Counted from the first letter of the stretch, positions 13,283 to 25,872 are shown. The stretch is DNA of 64,000 nucleotides from Octopus vulgaris (GCA_951406725.2 OX597826.1:30752001-30816000), one strand, 5' to 3'. Numbers and translations are program-made. Notes: a model not told the origin generated them from the sequence alone.

Positions 13283-13337
<55 letters not shown>

Positions 13338-13588
13338 AGGAAGGTACGAGAGCCAAAACTAGAATCCCTCACACACTTACACACATACACTGACGCACCC
13401 GCACAACCCACACACCTACCCAACTTCCCCACACACACAACTCCCCGCCACGCCCCCACACACACATAGACACACACACACATAGACACATACACACACA
13501 TTTAATACGGAGCTCATTTCCCTCTTTTTCTGCCGACCTGTGTGTCTATCTCTCCTTCTCTCTTCCTATCACCCCCCTCTGTCACTCT

Positions 13589-13629
<41 letters not shown>

Positions 13630-14151
13630 AATCGCTCTTCCCCACCATACAGACACACACACACACACGCCCTCTCAGCCACTTCCAACGGTGAGCACGG
13701 TGGATTTTTATGCGTTTATCGTGACGCTGAACAAGCTGAGAGATCGAAGTCGGGGAGAGCGATGGGGGGGGGGTTTATATTGCTATCGATCAGTAAATCT
13801 ATCTGGAAAAGGATGGAGGCGGGGGGTGATGGGAGGGAGGCATCGTGTGAACCTTTGACCTGTCTTGTCATCAAGCTGTTTAAATGAGGATTATCTCACT
13901 GACCGTATTGATTACGGTGACCTGCAACAGCAGATTATACAGGAAATGTGTGTGTGTGACTGTGCTTAGGAATGAGATGTGTGTTTGTCGTGTCTGCGGC
14001 TATTTGTGCGGGTGTGGAACGACTTTTACACCCAATCATTTGTCTCCGTTATACGCAGAAGTGTATGTATGTATGTACGTATGTATGTATGTATGCATGT
14101 ATGTAAGTATGAATGTATATATACACAAATAGATAGATACATATATACATG

Positions 14152-14198
<47 letters not shown>

Positions 14199-14217
14199 GC
14201 ATATATACGTATATATG

Positions 14218-14248
<31 letters not shown>

Positions 14249-14277
14249 ATATATATATACATATATATCTATACATG

Positions 14278-14316
<39 letters not shown>

Positions 14317-14406
14317 GCATATATGCATACACACATATGTGCGTATTTATATATATATATATAATTATATATATATATATATGTATGTATGCATGTCTGT
14401 GTGTGT

Positions 14407-14442
<36 letters not shown>

Positions 14443-14861
14443 AATAAAACGATGTTTCTTGTTGAACCCCATAAACTTGGTGATTAGAGATAAATTTTTT
14501 CTACATTTTCTGCCAAATCACCATTTCAGATGGTTTGAATAACAGGGATTTATGGCATACAGACACGGTGTCGGGGGGATGGAGGTGGCGGGGGTGGAAG
14601 CGTGGGGGTGGAGGCGGCGGCAGACAATGCGGTGGTGGTGGAGATTGCAGCGGTGATGGTAGTGGTTGTGGTGCAGGTGGTTGCTGTGGCGGTTTTAGTG
14701 CTGTTACAGGAGTTGGTGGAGCCGGTGCTAGAGATGGCGGTGGTAGTAGTGATGCTGGATCAATAATATTTCCAAGCGTGACCAACCCATTTCTAAAATA
14801 CAGGGTATCTAGGAGTTACGTTCCCTAACGAATAATATGTGAATTGAGGGAAAACTAAACT

Positions 14862-15439
14862 ATTCTTTTCTACTCTAGGCACAAAGCCTGAAATTTTGGG
14901 GGAGGGGGCCAGTCGATTAGATCGATCCTAGTGCGCAACTGGTACTTAATTTATCGACCCCGAAAGGATGAAAGGCAAAGTCGACCTCGGCGGAATTTGA
15001 ACTCAGAACTTAACGGCAGACGAAATACCTATTTCTTTACTACCCCCAAGAAGCTAAACACAGAGAGGACAAACAAGGACAGATAAACGGATTAAGTCGA
15101 TTATATCGACCCCAGTGCATAAGTGGTACTTATTTAATCGACCTCGAAAGGATGAAAGGCAAAGTCGACCACGGCGGAATTTGAACTCAGATCGTAGCGG
15201 CAGACGAAATACCTATTTCTTTACTACCCACAAGGGGCTGAACACAGAGAGGACAAACAAACGGATTAAGTCGATTATATCGACTCCACTGCGTAACTGG
15301 TACTTATTTAATCGACCCCGAAAGGATGAAAGGCAAAGTCGACCTCGGTGGAATTTGAACTCAGAACGTAGTGGCAGACGAAATACCGCTAAGCATTTCG
15401 CCCAGCGTACTTACGTACGTTTCTGCCAGCTCGCCGCTT
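14862..15439 (-). mobile_element. SINE family B, head plus three tandem bodies
   Basis: Junctions at 15029/15030 and 15213/15214; the last unit carries the alternative tail CCCCCAAAATTTCAGG..GTAGAAAAG. Confidence 0.88.
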
Positions 15440-15531
15440 ATTGAACTAAAATATTACAAAAGTACATGCCGGTCGCCCTCTATAAAATATATAGTGAAAA
15501 TTATGACCTTAGAGATTTACACGTGAGTATA

Positions 15532-15766
15532 CAGTAATACATCGACTATCGCGAGTGTTACGTTCTGAAACGCCGCGCAATAGGTGAAAATTCGCGAAGT
15601 AGAAGCAGTGCTGTACAGTATATTAAAAAAATTTTTTTTATAACTTGTATATATTTATCTCTTATGATAGTTTTATTATAAATGCAAAACAACACCACGG
15701 AGGAATCGACGTAAGGATAAATAATGAACCGCGATAAGTGAACCGTGATATGGTGAGGGATGACTG
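15532..15766. mobile_element. Tigger/pogo-like MITE
   Basis: TA-CAGTAATAC..GGGATGACTG-TA termini; same family in opposite orientation at 21905-22373. Confidence 0.8.
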
Positions 15767-15778
15767 TATATATATATC

Positions 15779-15809
<31 letters not shown>

Positions 15810-16326
15810 GTTTTGTTCCGATGACTTATCGTTACTAAGAAGTAAACGTAGGATATAGTATGAACTTGTAAAGTAAGCATTCAAGTGTCGTCACTCTCTG
15901 CATTTCATAGCGAATTTTCGGTCTTGCAAAATCGTCTTGCCGTATAAGTCGACCTTTTCTTTTTTTCTTTTTACCTTTTTCTGTAAATTTTGGCTTGAAA
16001 AATTCCACTTGTAATTTCTGAAAAATACGGTCATTGCTCCGTAGGATTAATGAAGTTGAACTATAAACAGAATTTCAGTTCGTGCTTGGTTGTAACTCTC
16101 TGGTTTCAATGACTGCCTGAAATACTTTGTGACGTTGACATAGAGAAAACCAAATTGACATCACAGTTCTATATTTAAGGAATTATGAAGAATTATGTAC
16201 ATTATTTACATTATTTACATTTGCCGGATTGTTAACACAACGTTTCTGCTGATATACCCTCTAGCCTGCATCAGGTGTCTTGGGGAAATTTCGATAAGGT
16301 ATTTTTTAAGTTGTTGTTGTTGTTGC

Positions 16327-16398
<72 letters not shown>

Positions 16399-16399
<1 letters not shown>

Positions 16400-16750
16400 T
16401 CCTTCTTGCTTCAAATTTTCTTCCGTTTTTCGCCGGGTGTTTTCCGTACACCTAGGGCAGAGAAGCTCATTGCATGCATTCCCAGATTACACACGCAAAT
16501 TCACAGGTAAATATGTATTTTTAAAAATTAATAAATAAATAAATTCATGAATGGATGTTGTTTTCACATGGATAATGCTCTTCTCAGTACATGAGTCGTT
16601 CCAGTTAACACAATTTTTTGCACTTCCTGTAGGGATGGTAAGCCTGGTATCATTTTCAAATAGGTTTCAGTACTTTTTTTATCATTCCTAGAGATCCTAC
16701 AATCACTGGTACTGTAGTCGCCTTGAGATACCACATTTTTCAATTTCTAT
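16399..16750 (-). mobile_element. R4/Dong-type non-LTR retrotransposon 3' fragment
   Basis: Frameshifted PVIVGSLGMI..IPGLPSLQEVQKIVLTGTTHVLRRALSM*; 3' UTR like the 27.6-kb copy; (TTA)n on both sides. Confidence 0.88.
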
Positions 16751-16770
16751 TATTATTATTCCTATTATTG

Positions 16771-16838
<68 letters not shown>

Positions 16839-16927
16839 GTTGTTGTTGTTGTTGTTATTATCAATATCTCCGTCAAATGTATATCATGTAAATAATGCAA
16901 ATTGACATTGTTTAGAAAAATCATCAA

Positions 16928-17615
16928 TGTATCGTATTTAATCCATACACTTTGTAGACAGAACAATTATTGCAATATTTGTCCTGAAATTACATCTCTT
17001 ACGGATTTGCTATGCTAAAAACGCAAAAATATCAAAGAGAGTGAACGACGAAAATTCCCAGCATCGAGCAATTAGAGCACCAAATGTATTGCGGTTATTT
17101 GCGATCTTTTCAATGATGCATATTCGCAGCTAGTCATATGCTCGGGCGGGAATTCATCGTCTCTGATACAAGGAAAATGTAATGTAGCGAATTGCCACCT
17201 GACTGAATAAAATCCGGTATACACAGTTAAAGCAGTTTTTAATTAAAATAACCATTTATTTATCATATTTAATCTATATACACTGTTGATAGGCCAGTCA
17301 CTGCAGTATTTGTCATGAGATAACATTTCTTATGAATGTGCTGTGTTAAAAACATAATAAATATCAAAGGGAGGCGAAAGTTGATTCCAGCGAGAACGCT
17401 AAATGCATTTCCGCTTTGCTAGAGAAACTGAATAAAACATTAACTGATGCTGCGTATAGCCGCCCAACTGAATAAAATTCATGCAGTACGTCCATATAAG
17501 AGATGTTATCTCAGGACAAATGCGGCAGTAACTGGCCTATCGACAGTGTATATACATTGAGTACGATACACCAAAAGCTATTTTAATTTAATATTGCCAC
17601 AATTGCGTATACCGG
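16928..17615. repeat. Diverged repeat: two direct copies and one inverted copy
   Basis: 16928-17045 resembles 17261-17375; 17214-17343 is the approximate reverse complement of 17484-17615. Confidence 0.65.
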
Positions 17616-18513
17616 GTGACATTCCTTGATTATGATGGAAACCCAAAAGGTCTTTCTAGCAGCCTCCAGCTTAACCTGATTACGAGAGGCATGCAGGTTA
17701 TCATCTTTTTAACGATGTACCGTAGATTCATTGTGGGATTGAAACGACTTAAGACACACGTGTGGTAATTAACAAACCAAGTCGTGATTGTTTTGGTACT
17801 GTGTGAGGATTTCAATCCTTGTTAGTTCCATACTACCAAACAGTCGGTTTGTTTGGCTAATGGAAAGACAGAGCGTTCAGTCAACATTTTAGTAGGTCAC
17901 TAAATTTGACCGTGATCCTGAGCAAACTGGGTGGCCCCAACACTTGCATATAACATCACATCCCAAACCATCATTGGCTTCGGGAACTTGAGGTTTCATA
18001 CCTTTCCGGCTTTCCTCCAAATTCTACAACCCAAGCTGCTTGTAATAGAAACCAAATCACACCAACCTTGGAACAAAATAAAAAACAAACAAAAAAAACA
18101 AAAAAAGACACGATACATAATATTGACCTGGATATATAAAACGATTGGATGACCACGACTGGAACGTCTTTTACTGCTCGAAAGACTTGGAACTAAACAA
18201 TTAAATCATCATCATCACTATTATCATCGTCACCATCATAAACTTTTCTCCTCCTCCCCTTCCTGTACTTTATCCCCCCCCCCCCTCGGATCTTTTTCTT
18301 CTGTTTTATCGACTAAACCTTTCCTTACTCACTCCTCCTATAATTTCCCCCCATTCACCTCCACACACAACTCTCCTTTCCCTTCTACTCCCACTCCACA
18401 CTCTCCCTCACTACTGCGTCTCTCCTCTTCCCTATACACCTTAGCAACTGAGGCGTGTTTTTATACCTTTCTTCATTCTTTCTCAGTATTCCTCTCACAC
18501 ACTTTACCTATCA

Positions 18514-18559
<46 letters not shown>

Positions 18560-18580
18560 ATATCTATCTATCCATATCCA

Positions 18581-18660
<80 letters not shown>

Positions 18661-18935
18661 CATCTGTCTCTGTCTCTTCTTCTTTGGCCTTCTACCAAGT
18701 TAGCTTGGAATGAGGTGAGTCGTCATTTCTAGAAAACTTTTCCGCTGCCGCTTTCGTCGCAACCGCCATTGTCGATCCGCTTTCTTCCTTTTTATGGCCA
18801 CCATGTGTGAAATTATTCTCAGACAATTATTCCGAGGTAAATGTTGTGGATTAATTCACACGAATTAGTGGCCACTGGTCAATTTCCACGACTTCAATCA
18901 ATTCTTTGTTTGGCATCCAGCCCGTTTTTAGCAAT

Positions 18936-18999
<64 letters not shown>

Positions 19000-19077
19000 A
19001 GCCCGTTTTTAGTGATATGAGTACATACAAACACACACACACACATACATATATATATGTATGTATGTATGTACGTG

Positions 19078-19111
<34 letters not shown>

Positions 19112-19211
19112 GAGAAAGAGAGAGAGAGATGTTTGTGTGCATATGTATGAATATAAATATATGTTTTTATGATGAATGAATGTGCATATATTAATATATA
19201 TGTGTATATAC

Positions 19212-19250
<39 letters not shown>

Positions 19251-19470
19251 ATATTAGGGAATAAATCCAAACTTACAGGGAAAAATTAGATTTATGGTTA
19301 AATCCAATTTTATAGTATATATATATTATATTATATTATATTAAATAAGAGATAAAACCACTATTAGGCAAATCAAACAGTGAAAAACATAAACCAATAC
19401 ATAAAATTAATTTAAAAATATAAAAGTTAAAAATTAAAAAGTTATTTAAATAATTTAAACTTATAGATTT

Positions 19471-19543
<73 letters not shown>

Positions 19544-19544
19544 T

Positions 19545-19715
19545 ATTTTTATATTTATATATTATTTTATTTATTAATTTATTTATGTATTAATTTTTTT
19601 TATATATAAATATCAAAAGTATTATAAGTTTAATAAACTTTTAATACTTTTGATATTTATATATAAAAAAATTAATACATAAATAAATTAATAAACAAAA
19701 TAATATATAAATATA

Positions 19716-19720
<5 letters not shown>
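19545..19720. repeat. AT-rich near-perfect palindrome, ~85-bp arms
   Basis: ..TATCAAAAGTATTAtAAGTTTA-a-TAAACTTtTAATACTTTTGATA.. centred ~19633, between (TA)n tracts. Confidence 0.85.
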
Positions 19721-19789
<69 letters not shown>

Positions 19790-20328
19790 ATGTATGTACA
19801 TACATGCATATATATGTGTACATACATATACACATACATACATAATACATACATACATACATACACACACACATACATACATGTATGTGTGTGTGTGTGT
19901 GTGTGCAATAGATATATGCGTAAATCTAAAGAACTTAAAAATAAATTTAAATATTACAAAGTCTTGCCGGGAATGAACTAAGCATATATATGATATAATC
20001 CGTTAATGCCAATACATTTCATACCCTACAAATTGTTTCAATCCCAAAGCTCGTCATATAAACAATTAGTTCATTGAAACGTCCGTGTTGTTAGTTTGAT
20101 GAGTTTATGGTGAAGGCCTCTGAGTTAAAAGTTGTAAGGGGTACAATGTATTATAAATGTTTATTGCTGTGGAGGTTAGAAAGACTTCAAATATTTTAAT
20201 TTGTTTCCTCTCTCCCCCTTTCTCGCCCTCTCTTTTTTTTGTCTATCTCTCTTCTTTTGTAAATAATGTTTTCCAGAACTCAACAGAATACATGCCAATA
20301 TCTCTCCACCTCACTGAAAGTGCTTAAC

Positions 20329-20400
<72 letters not shown>

Positions 20401-20425
20401 CAGTAGCAGCAGCAGCAGCAGCAGT

Positions 20426-20802
20426 GGAGGCGCAATGGCCCAGTGGTTAGGGCAGCTGACTCGCGGTCGTAGGATCGCAGTTTCGATTCCCAGACCGAGC
20501 CTTGTGTGTGTTTATTGAGCGAAAACACCTAAAGCTCCACGAGACTCCGGCAGGGGGGTGGTGGCGATCCCTGTTGTACTCTTTCATTCCAACTTTCTCT
20601 CACTCTTTCTTCCTGTTTCTTGTCCCCGACTTTCTACGCAACCGCTGAGCCTGGATGCGCATTCATCCATCCGTCGATGTTCTCGGTGTCGGGGGTTTCT
20701 CTTTCTGCTTTCTCTTCTGCGGGTCTTACGAGTAGCAAAGGACTACGTTTCGGACTTCTCCCACTACAGGACGAAGACCGCTTCGCTCAACGAACAAACA
20801 AA
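20426..20802 (+). mobile_element. SINE family C head/body with alternative tail T2
   Basis: Matches family C up to TTCTTCCTGTTTCT (~20620), then an unrelated tail ending AACGAACAAACAAA; (GCA)n TSD-like flanks. Confidence 0.8.
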
Positions 20803-21284
20803 GCAGCAGCAGCATAGGGACAGGTGCTTCAACATCTCCCATTTTGGGGGGATTCTCAACTACTGGCGGATGACACCATTGCACCACTCAGGTAGCAACC
20901 CTCCAGGAGCCCATGGGTCTGCTTGAGTAATCATTGCTAGTGAGAATTTTACGAGGTCAGAGGGCGAATCCTACACCGATATCTTTTAGTCGCCTTTTAC
21001 AACACATAGAGAGGAAATGTTGAGACTTTTCTTTGGCATGCTTGTCTTCACACAGCACGAGAACAACCGAAAATGAAGTGTTGTGCTCAAGAACACAATA
21101 CACAGCCCGCTATGGAAATCGAACCGACTCTCACTACAAGGCCACGCGCCTTCACATATGCGTATGTAGAGGTCCAACTAACAGTAATAAACATTTAAAA
21201 ATCATTTGTTTCTACGTGTTTAAAGGAAACAACATGGACAGAACAAACATCTTATACACCATATAAGGATTATACTGTTTTACC

Positions 21285-21512
21285 CTTTTACTTGTTTCAG
21301 TCATTTGACTGCGGCTATGCTGGAGCACCACCTTTACTCCAATAAATCGACCCCATGACTTATTCTTTGTAAGCCTATTGCCTATTTTATCGGTCTCTTT
21401 TGGCCGAACCGCTAAGTTACGGAGACGTAAACACATCAACATCGGTTGTCAAGCGATGGTGGGAGGACGAACGCAGACACAAACAACAAACATATGCATA
21501 CATAAATGTATA

Positions 21513-21570
<58 letters not shown>

Positions 21571-21584
21571 TATATTAATATACA

Positions 21585-21639
<55 letters not shown>

Positions 21640-21876
21640 CAATAAGAAATGGAGGGGATCATATCCCTTGGTTGGATTCACAACCTCTAACTTTCTTGGA
21701 ATATATATATATATATATATACACGACGGGCTTCTTTCGATTTCCGTCTACCAAATCCGCATACAATGCTTTGGTCGGCCCGAGGCTATAGTAGAAGACA
21801 CTTGCCCAAGGCGGGACTGAACCCGGAAACATGTGGTTGGGAAGCAAGCTTTTTACCACACAGCCACTCCTGCACC
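21285..21876 (-). mobile_element. SINE family A, near full length, expanded internal microsatellite
   Basis: Head GGTGCAGGAGTGGCTGTGTGG..GGTTCAGTCCC, CCTTGGGCAAG, tail GCTCCAGCATAGCCGCAGTCAAATGACTGAAACAAG. Confidence 0.85.
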
Positions 21877-21904
21877 TATATGTGTACAAATATTTCTAGA
21901 TATA

Positions 21905-22373
21905 CAGTAATCCCTCGCCATATCGCAGTTCACTTATCGCGGTTTATCATTTAATATTACGTCGATTCCTCTGTGAAGTTGTTTTGCATTTATAATAAAA
22001 TAAAATATATACAAATTATAAAAATGATAAAAACAAAATATACAGCACTATTTCTTCTTCGCGGATTTTTATCCGTTTCTTTATTACCCTCAAGGGGCTA
22101 AACATAGAGGGGATGAACAAGGACAGACCAAGGGATTAAGTCGATTACATCGACCCTAATGCGTAACTGGTACTTAATTTATCGACCCCGAAAGGATGAA
22201 AGGCAAAGTCGACCTCGGCGGAATTTGAACTCAGAACGTAACGGCAAACGAAATACGGCTACGCATTTCGCCCGGCGTGCTAACGGTTCTGCCAGCTCGC
22301 CACCTATTCCCGGATTTTTATCTTTCCCGGGGTATTTTTGAACTTAACACTCGCAATAGTCGAGGGATTACCG
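21905..22373. mobile_element. Tigger/pogo-like MITE interrupted by SINE B (22076-22303, minus)
   Basis: TA-CAGTAATCCCTCG..CGAGGGATTACCG-TA; CGGATTTTTATC duplicated around the SINE. Confidence 0.8.
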
Positions 22374-23220
22374 TATTCGCGTTTTCCATCTTTGAATGGA
22401 TGAAAAACACCTGTGACCTAGGTGAGACTTAAATTCATAAATTAATTAAACGAGGTAACGAAATGCACTGCCGTACATTAGGGCAAGCACTCTACCGCTT
22501 CGGCTATATATATAGGGTATTTGAAGTATGTTTGTCTAGTCATGCTTCATGGACGTAATCTAAGGGTAAATGTAGGTATGCGTGTATGCTGCATGGGTGG
22601 CCATGTGTGTCTGTGTGTGAGTACGTATGCGCTTGCGTATGTAAGTATATGCATGTGTATTGCTTGTATACGTGCACGTGTCAAAAGGTATGTGTGTGTG
22701 TGAATGTGTGCATGAATGCTCAGATCTTGATGTGTATGGCTATGTATATGCGTGTGTGTTGCATTTGCTGTATGTATGTGTGTGTGTGTGCGTGTGTGTG
22801 TACATGCGTTGGGGCTTTTGAGCATCTCTCTGTGTGTGTATGTGTGTGTGTGTGTGCGTGTATGTGTACATACGTTGGGGCTTTTGAGCATCTATCTGTA
22901 TGTGTATGTGTGTGTATCCGCATGTGCTGCATGAATATATATATCTGCATGAGTCGGGGTTTATGTATGTATGTATGTGCATATGTGCATATATGTACAC
23001 ATGTTGGAATGTATGTGTCAACATGTGTGCACAATCACGTTCATTGCATGCGTGTGTGTATACGCAATAAAAATACATGTTTATATATGTATGTTCATGT
23101 AGGCATTGCATTAAGTGTGTGTGTGTGTGTTTGAGCGCGCAGGTGTTTGAGTATATATGTATATAATTGTGCATGTATGCATGTGTGTGTGAATGTGTAA
23201 AAGTTTAACTGTGTAGACGT

Positions 23221-23253
<33 letters not shown>

Positions 23254-23374
23254 CGTGTGTATTGTATGTGTCTGCATGTTAATGCGTATTACACTATGAA
23301 CACACCTGTGCTTGTGTATCTGAGTGCGTGTACGCATGGATGTGACTGAGCGTATATGCGAATGCGTGCGTGCG

Positions 23375-23416
<42 letters not shown>

Positions 23417-24300
23417 TGTGTGTGTGCGTATGTGTGCGTGTGTGTGTGTATGTGCGTGCGCATATGTTATTGCCGGTGTGAATGTGGTTGCATGCATCTA
23501 CTTTAATGTATATGTATATATGTGACCGCGTGTGCGATACTGTATGGAGGGGGGGAAGGGGGGTAAGAGTAAGAGGTAGCGGATAGATGGAGGGAGAGGA
23601 GGAGGAGGTAGCTGGGAAGGAGGGGCAGCAGGGGGGAATGAGGTCTAGGGATAGGAGGGTGTGTTGTAACGAGTCATCACTTCAAGTTTCCGATCGGTTA
23701 AGCGTGAATGGATGGAATGGTGGCGGTGGTGGCGAGAGTGGGGGAGGGAGGAGGAGAGGACGATGGGAAATTTTGGTTTGGGCAGAGGTGGGAGGGGGTG
23801 TTCAGAGCAATAATAACATAGGAAAGGAGAGGGGGGGTCGTTGTTGGTTTTGTTTTACTTTTTTTTTTACTTTTGTTTCGTTTATTTGTTTTTTTAGGGA
23901 TTCAGGAAGGGATCGGTTTGGAGATTGATTGAATAAGGGTGGGGGGAGTGGAATAGGGGAAAAGGGAAGCGAGGGGTGAAGTAGAGAAAGGAAGAAGGAA
24001 AAAAGTTACTAAAAGAGAAAGAGAGAGAGAGAGAGAGAGGAAAAAAGGTGGAGATGGAAAAGAGTGAGAGTCTGTTATTAGGGGAGATTACAGAGAGTAA
24101 AAGGAGAGAAGGAAGAGAAAGAGAGAGAGAGAGAGAGGGAAAGGGAGAAACTAAGAGAGCGGAAAGCAAACAAATTAAAGGACAGATAGACGGTCTAAAT
24201 AGAGATAGATAGAAAGAGAGAGAGAGAGAGAGGTAAATAGATAGACAGACAGAGAAACAGGTTGCTAGATAGATAGATGAATAAATAAATAAATATGTAA

Positions 24301-24338
<38 letters not shown>

Positions 24339-24339
24339 G

Positions 24340-24612
24340 AAATACAAAAAGGGACAAGAACGCAAAACATCCGGACAACTAAGTGATACAAAAAGGGACA
24401 ACAAAACATCCTGATCGACGATACAAGAAAGCAAAGACGGGTCATTCGAAGCTTCCTATCCTCAGTCAAGAACCGGATTATCCTCGCAATTTCGGCTGAT
24501 TAATTTCGAGATTGCTCCAATCTGGCCAGCCCCAAGGAAAAACTAAGCTAAAAGCATTAGATTCCTTGGAAGAAAGCACTGAATGTATACGAAAACAAGG
24601 ACGGAAAAATAC
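24340..24612 (-). mobile_element. Non-coding repeat, probable Penelope-like element terminus
   Basis: Homologous to 33155-33375 and 33888-34005; lies between microsatellites; class and strand are inferred. Confidence 0.55.
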
Positions 24613-24670
24613 ACACACACACACACACACACACCCATATATATATGTGTGTGTGTGTGTGTATTAATAT

Positions 24671-24806
24671 TTATCAAGTTAACATGGCAGTCCAGGAATA
24701 TAGGACGAATGCTACCGTTGATTAGCTCCAAGGGGCCATCGCCTCTTGGAGCTAATCAACGGTAGCATTCGTCCTATATTCCTGGACTGCCATGTTAACT
24801 TGATAA
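24671..24806. repeat. Perfect 62-bp inverted repeat with 12-nt spacer
   Basis: 24671-24732 is the exact reverse complement of 24745-24806; spacer GGGCCATCGCCT. Confidence 0.95.
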
Positions 24807-24854
24807 CTATGAATATCCAGTACCGCTGCCGTAATCTCCTTTAGAGAGATTTAG

Positions 24855-24897
<43 letters not shown>

Positions 24898-25165
24898 TAT
24901 AAAAATTGAGGGAGATAAATTAATATTAATTTTAATATCAATTTAAAACCAGTAGTCCAGCATTCAAAAAATCTGAGGAGTCAGAGAAAATTCAAATATA
25001 TGTGTATATTGGCAGGGCTGGCCTGCTAGGTAGCCGGCCAGAATGCTAGAAAAAGATCATCAACGATCAAACTACAAGGGAAATTCTCTAGAGGAAGAAT
25101 TCAGCGAACACCAGAACCAAATTTGGCGGGCAGGACATATGAAAAATTAAATAGAAAACAGACTT

Positions 25166-25243
25166 AAATGCATACCTCGGTTTCGGTCTTAACAAAAGAA
25201 TTACTTGCATAATTCAAGTGTCCGTGACTTCTTCAGTACATTC
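25166..25243 (-). ncRNA. Type I hammerhead ribozyme motif, copy 1
   Basis: GAAUGUA-CUGAAGA-AGUC..GACC-GAAA-CCGAGG-UA-UGCAUUU; 7-bp stem I with 2 GU pairs; GUA triplet; A10.1-C11.1 mismatch. Confidence 0.7.
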
Positions 25244-25711
25244 GGTCCTCGAGATGCAAACCGAAAGACTAACCCCAGCTCTCTGTGTCAAGACAGACAC
25301 GTGCTTAGTCTTACTGATTACATCGGGAATAAAATTTCAAATGTCTTGGCTCTGGCGCGCTAAGAGACTCCTGAAGCGAAGGGCTGCAGTGAATAATTCA
25401 CTGCGGGTAATGCTTACAACTAGGGAACGTATTTATTTAAATATTTAAAAATTGAGGGAGATAAATTAATATTAATTTTAATATCAATTTAAAACCAGTA
25501 GTCCAGCATTCAAAAAATCTGAGGAGTCAGAGAAAATTCAAATATATGTGTATATTGGCAGGGCTGGCCTGCTAGGTAGCCGCCCAGAATGCTAGAAAAA
25601 GATCATCAACGATCAAACTACAAGGGAAATTCTCTAGAGGAAGAATTCAGCGAACACCAGAACCAAATTTGGCGGGCAGGACATATGAAAAATTAAATAA
25701 AAAACAGACTT

Positions 25712-25789
25712 AAATGCATACCTCGGTTTCGGTCTTAACCAAAGAATTACTTGCATAATTCAAGTGTCCGTGACTTCTTCAGTACATTC
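25712..25789 (-). ncRNA. Type I hammerhead ribozyme motif, copy 2
   Basis: Same core as copy 1, 546 bp away; one change in loop 2. Confidence 0.7.
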
Positions 25790-25837
25790 GGTCCTCGAGA
25801 TGCAAACCGCAAGACTAACCCCAGCTCTCTGTGTCAA

Positions 25838-25872
<35 letters not shown>

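Larger units (their letters stand above)
24900..25841 (-). mobile_element. Tandem 546-bp unit plus 396-bp partial copy; Penelope pLTR/retrozyme-like
   Basis: Period 546 bp, about four substitutions seen, (TA)n on both flanks, many internal hairpins, hammerhead motif in each copy. Confidence 0.8.

Noticed and set aside
14501-14828. Gly-rich and Pro-rich ORFs
   Set aside because: Degenerate (GGT)n low-complexity tract with no splice or domain support
20426-20500. Functional tRNA genes at SINE heads
   Set aside because: A and B boxes run into SINE bodies; no convincing acceptor stem or terminator
20735-20775. GAAAC-GTA-GTC on minus within SINE tail T2
   Set aside because: Upstream core is CTGTAGTG rather than CTGANGA, and there is no stem I
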